In this document: positions 60,570 through 64,000 of the stretch, piece after piece
How positions within the stretch are numbered: the stretch's first letter is position 1
Layout of the letters: each line of letters opens with the position of its first letter
DNA from: Camelus ferus
Lineage: Eukaryota
DNA: 64,000 bases
NCBI RefSeq assembly: GCF_009834535.1
Contig: NC_045714.1
Location: 13,578,001-13,642,000, forward strand
Reading direction: 5' to 3'
Notes under the pieces: generated by a model
Databases searched by the model: none
What the model saw: the letters and a program-made list of their open reading frames with translations, nothing else
Told to the model about the DNA's origin: nothing
Position numbers and translations under genes: made by a program

Positions 60570-60925
60570 CCAGGTCTTTGGACATTCCTGCCACGCTTCT
60601 GCCTCAGGGCCTTTGCACTTGCTGTTCCTGCTGCCAGGAACGCTCTTCCCCACACGGCTCAATCCCACACCTCCTTCAGGTCCTGGCCCAGATGTCACCT
60701 TCCCAATGGGGCCTCCCTGACCCCTGACTTGGACGTGCACCCCACTGTCCCCCCCAGGACTCCAGCCTCCCCAGTCTGTGTTTCTCGCTGGTGCTGGTGC
60801 AGCTTGCCTACTCAGTGTTACGCATGTGTGCTCTGTTCACTCTCTCCCCCCCGGAATGGAAGAGCTGACGGTATCTCTGGTTAACAGTGCGCCCAGGACA
60901 AGCCTGGCACGTAGCAGGCCCTCAC
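60570..60925 (+). mobile_element. L2 3' region
   Basis: CCTCAGGGCCTTTGCACTTGCTGTTCCTGCTGCCAGGAACGCTCTTCCC...CAGATGTCACCTTC...GCCTGGCACGTAG. Confidence 0.85.
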
Positions 60926-60999
60926 TGAAGACACCGCAGACGAAAGCGCAAACCTGAAACCAAGGCGCACTGGGTTGTGTGCGTCTCGGGGCAGCAGGG

Positions 61000-61180
61000 C
61001 CCAGTTCAAACCCTGGCTGCGCCTGTCCTGCTGTGGGTGAGCGACTGAGCTTCCGTGCACCTTGGCTTCCTCACCTGCGCAAGGGGTCTAGTCCCTCACC
61101 TCCCGGGGGCCATGATGTTAATAAGAAACTTGGAGTTTTTAGAGCAAAGCCAAGCACGTAGTAAGTGCTCAACAAATGAC
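61000..61180 (+). mobile_element. MIR SINE (degenerate)
   Basis: GTTCAAACCCTGGCT...CTTCCTCACCTG...GCACGTAGTAAGTGCTCAACAAATG. Confidence 0.75.
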
Positions 61181-61187
61181 TGTCGTG

Positions 61188-61850
61188 CTTAACTTTTTAT
61201 TTGGAAATAATTTCAAACTTAGAGAATAGTTGCAAAAACAGTACAGAAACACTCTTATTTTCTGTTTCCTTTACACAGTTTCGCCACCTGCTAGTTAGCG
61301 TTTTCCTACATGGAAAATGTCTGCTGGCATCTCTCTGCCTGGCACCTGTGTGCTGACCTATCGTCCGTCTACCTCTGGTCTATGTGTCACCTATCATCAG
61401 CCCAGCATCTGTACATCCACATACCCTCCGTCTAGCTACCTGCCATCCAGCTAAACACATCCGCAATGTTTTTCCTGAACCATCTGAGATTTGGTTTTGG
61501 ACATCACACCCTTTTACCCCTAAATACTTCAGTGTGGATTTCCTAAGAGCAAGGATAGTCTCTTACCTGACCACAGCACCGCTACAAACTCAGGGAAGTT
61601 ATCGGCGATACCGGACTTCAGTCTGCAGCCCATGTTCCAGTCTGGCCAACGGTCCCGCTGGACGCCCCCCACCATCAGGGTGGAGTTCAGCTCGCTCCGT
61701 CCTTTGGTGTTCACATGCCTTTAGTCCAGAACCATCCCAGGCCTTTCTCTGCCTCTCTGGACACTGACTTTTGAAGAGCTCAGCCTGGTTGTTCTGGGGA
61801 CGCCTTCCGGTTGGGTTTGTCTGATGTCGCTCGATGAAGCTGTTAATATT
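61188..61850 (-). mobile_element. Old L1 (L1MC-like) 3' end
   Basis: TTTTTATTTGGAAATAATTTCAAACTTAGAGAATAGTTGCAAAAACAGTACA...CCCCTAAATACTTCAGTGTGGATTTCCTAAGAGCAAGGA...GGGTTTGTCTGATGT. Confidence 0.85.
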
Positions 61851-64000
61851 CTCATCAGCCTCATAGACTCAGGACCTCCTCTAGACGACCAAGATCAATT
61901 TTTCGAGTAAAACGTGCGTATCTCTGAGCCGGCGTGTCCCTCTCGGAGCTGCGATTTTAGCATCCTGGTGCCTTGCTGAGTGGAGAAACAGTCACTGAGG
62001 TGCTAGCGTGCATGGGGAGTTGGTGGGGAAATGGGCTGTTAGCCTAAAGCAAGCGCAGCAAAATACTGAAATTCCAGGGCCCGTCGGTCGGGGAGCCTCG
62101 TGGAAGTGCTGGGGACAGCATCATGAGACCGTCACTCCACTTTGCGGGGCGGGGCTCCATTCGGCCTGCGTACCAGCACGAGAGGACGTTTGTATACAGA
62201 CGTGTACACGTGCCTCAGTTACAATTCAGAAAGAGGATCTGCAGGTGCCAGAGTTACTGAGCAACCCCCAGCACAGCCACTTCCCAGGCCGGACGGGAAA
62301 TGGTGCTCCACTCGCGTGCACACGGGCCTGGCTGCGGGAGTGGGTCCGTGGGTCCCGGCAGCCCTGACCTACGTCAGGTTTGATCCGCGTTGCTCATTTT
62401 CAGATGCCGGGATCTTCTGGAGCAGCCCTGCGGACGGGATGGAAAAGCAGATGACAAGAGGCAGCCCATCCTGGGTGCGGGCGTCGGGTTCTGTGCGGTC
62501 TGAGCGGTGGTGCTGTGCCCGGGAAGGGAAGCAGTGTGTGTGGACGACTTTTTTGTACTGAAATGTTGGGCTCTTGATCTGGAACTCGAATTCCAGGAGA
62601 AGCAGTGCCAAGCGAGTGGGTAGGCTCGACCGAGACGTGGGGGAGGAGTGTCTTGACCCGTGGTTCGCGATGTGCTCCTGTAATAAATGCCGATCAGCTT
62701 CCCCGCCGCGCCAGGATGCTGGCGCCCCCTCCCCTTCCGTGCGCTGTGTTTGGATGTGCGGTGGCCGTTGAGAAGCTTCACAGCTTCTCCTGAGGAAACG
62801 TGAGGCCTAGGCGCTCAGGTGGCTCAGCGTGCTGCCGTGTATTCTTACCGCGGTTGTTTAAAAGCCCCTGTTGTAGACGGATGGGTGAGGGGGCAGGGAC
62901 CCACCCTGGGTGGGGCTGGGGGAGCTCCCCTCTGCAGATCCCGCCCTGCACAGAATCTTCCTTCAGGGAGGGAGCGCTGACCCAGGGAGGGGCTTTCGGT
63001 CTCAGTCGAGCTCTGCCTGGGAAGCGAGCCACCCCAGGACCTGCGGGGACGGGAGGTGGAGGCCTTGTCCCTGGACAGTCCCCGCCCCGGCCAGTGCACA
63101 GGGTCGACTCCGGCACTTGCCTTGACAGCCTTGAGAGCCTCTCGTGTTCTTGAGGATTTGGAGGTTTTTGTGGAAATGTCACCTGGTTTGGCATTTCAGG
63201 AGGTGGACAGGTGCTGCTGAGCGGAGCTTAGTCTGGAAAACGTATCACTGTCCCTGGAATGTGGCCTGGACCCCGCGGGGTCACTGTGGTGTGTGACCAT
63301 CCCGCATCACAGAGGGGGAGACGGGGCTGGTGGGGAGGTCCCCAAGGTCCCATGACCAGTTGTGAGCACACCCAGGTCCCCGCAGGGAGCCTGTGTCATT
63401 CAGGGGGACTCCCGGCCCCAGGTGCCCCCCGGGCCAGGAATCAGCCCCCCGCACCCCCCACACCCACTGCCATGAATGCCATCCTCTAAGCAGCAGCAAG
63501 AGGAGGCAGCAGCCGCCTGTGTGTTCTGGGTCCTCACGCAGCAGAACTCCCTCACATCACAACTGTGGTTGTGTGCACAAGCCGCACACAGATGCGGTTT
63601 GATCAGCTCGGATGCAGGACAGATGGAGGGGAGAGCTCTGTGCTGCTAACATCTTGCCCACTGCCTGGAGCCCCGCTCCCCTCCCCACGGTCGCTCCACC
63701 TGCATCCTCGCCCCGCCTTCCGCTGGAGAAGCAGCAGGCACAGCTTTTCATTGCTGCAGATCAGCCTACTGGCTGATGGATCAGGGCAGCCATGGGGGCC
63801 CCACGAGGCTAGGGGTCTGCAGGTGGACAGTCCAGCCAATGAGTCCAGCGCCCTGGGTGGTGCTGCAGGAACCATTTGTCACCAGCCACCCCCCTGGCAC
63901 CCGAGGCCTGGGGCCCCGCCCTCGCTGAGCTCTCGGGCTCCAGTCCTCCTGGCCCTGGCCCAGGAGGTGCCTTCCCCGCCTCCTGGCTCTGCAGCCCAGC

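Noticed and set aside
63269-63282. Perfect palindromes GACCCCGCGGGGTC and TGTCAGCTGACA (about 52437)
   Set aside because: Several palindromes of 12-14 bp are expected by chance in this length.
1-64000. CRISPR arrays, tRNA/rRNA/snRNA genes, operon-like or endogenous viral coding regions
   Set aside because: No repeat-spacer structure, structured RNA gene or viral ORF recognised; the sequence is mammalian non-coding DNA.

Overview
This is GC-rich, unusually CpG-rich mammalian non-coding DNA (long intron or intergenic), with four short N gaps. The L1 3' ends are of cetartiodactyl type. No pig PRE-1, whale/hippo CHR-2 or ruminant Bov-A SINE was seen, which tentatively points to a camelid. I cannot support any protein-coding exon, RNA gene or gene name: the ORF track is explained by high GC, N runs and L1 remnants. 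About 30 interspersed repeats are recognisable (L1, L2, MIR, MLT1 LTRs, hAT-type MER3/20/45/58/63). Family names come from remembered consensus sequences, not from a database search. The two strongest unexplained signals are (1) a textbook recursive-splice-site configuration on the + strand at 22319-22354 (branch point CTAAC, 20 consecutive pyrimidines, AG, then GTAAGT) and (2) a ~52-bp tandem array at 9415-9640 of fixed-spacing E-box (GTCATGTGAC) + CCAAT modules. Old repeats show AT-to-GC drift, while several AT-rich non-repeat islands are candidate conserved enhancers. I found no evidence for a multi-gene novel system.
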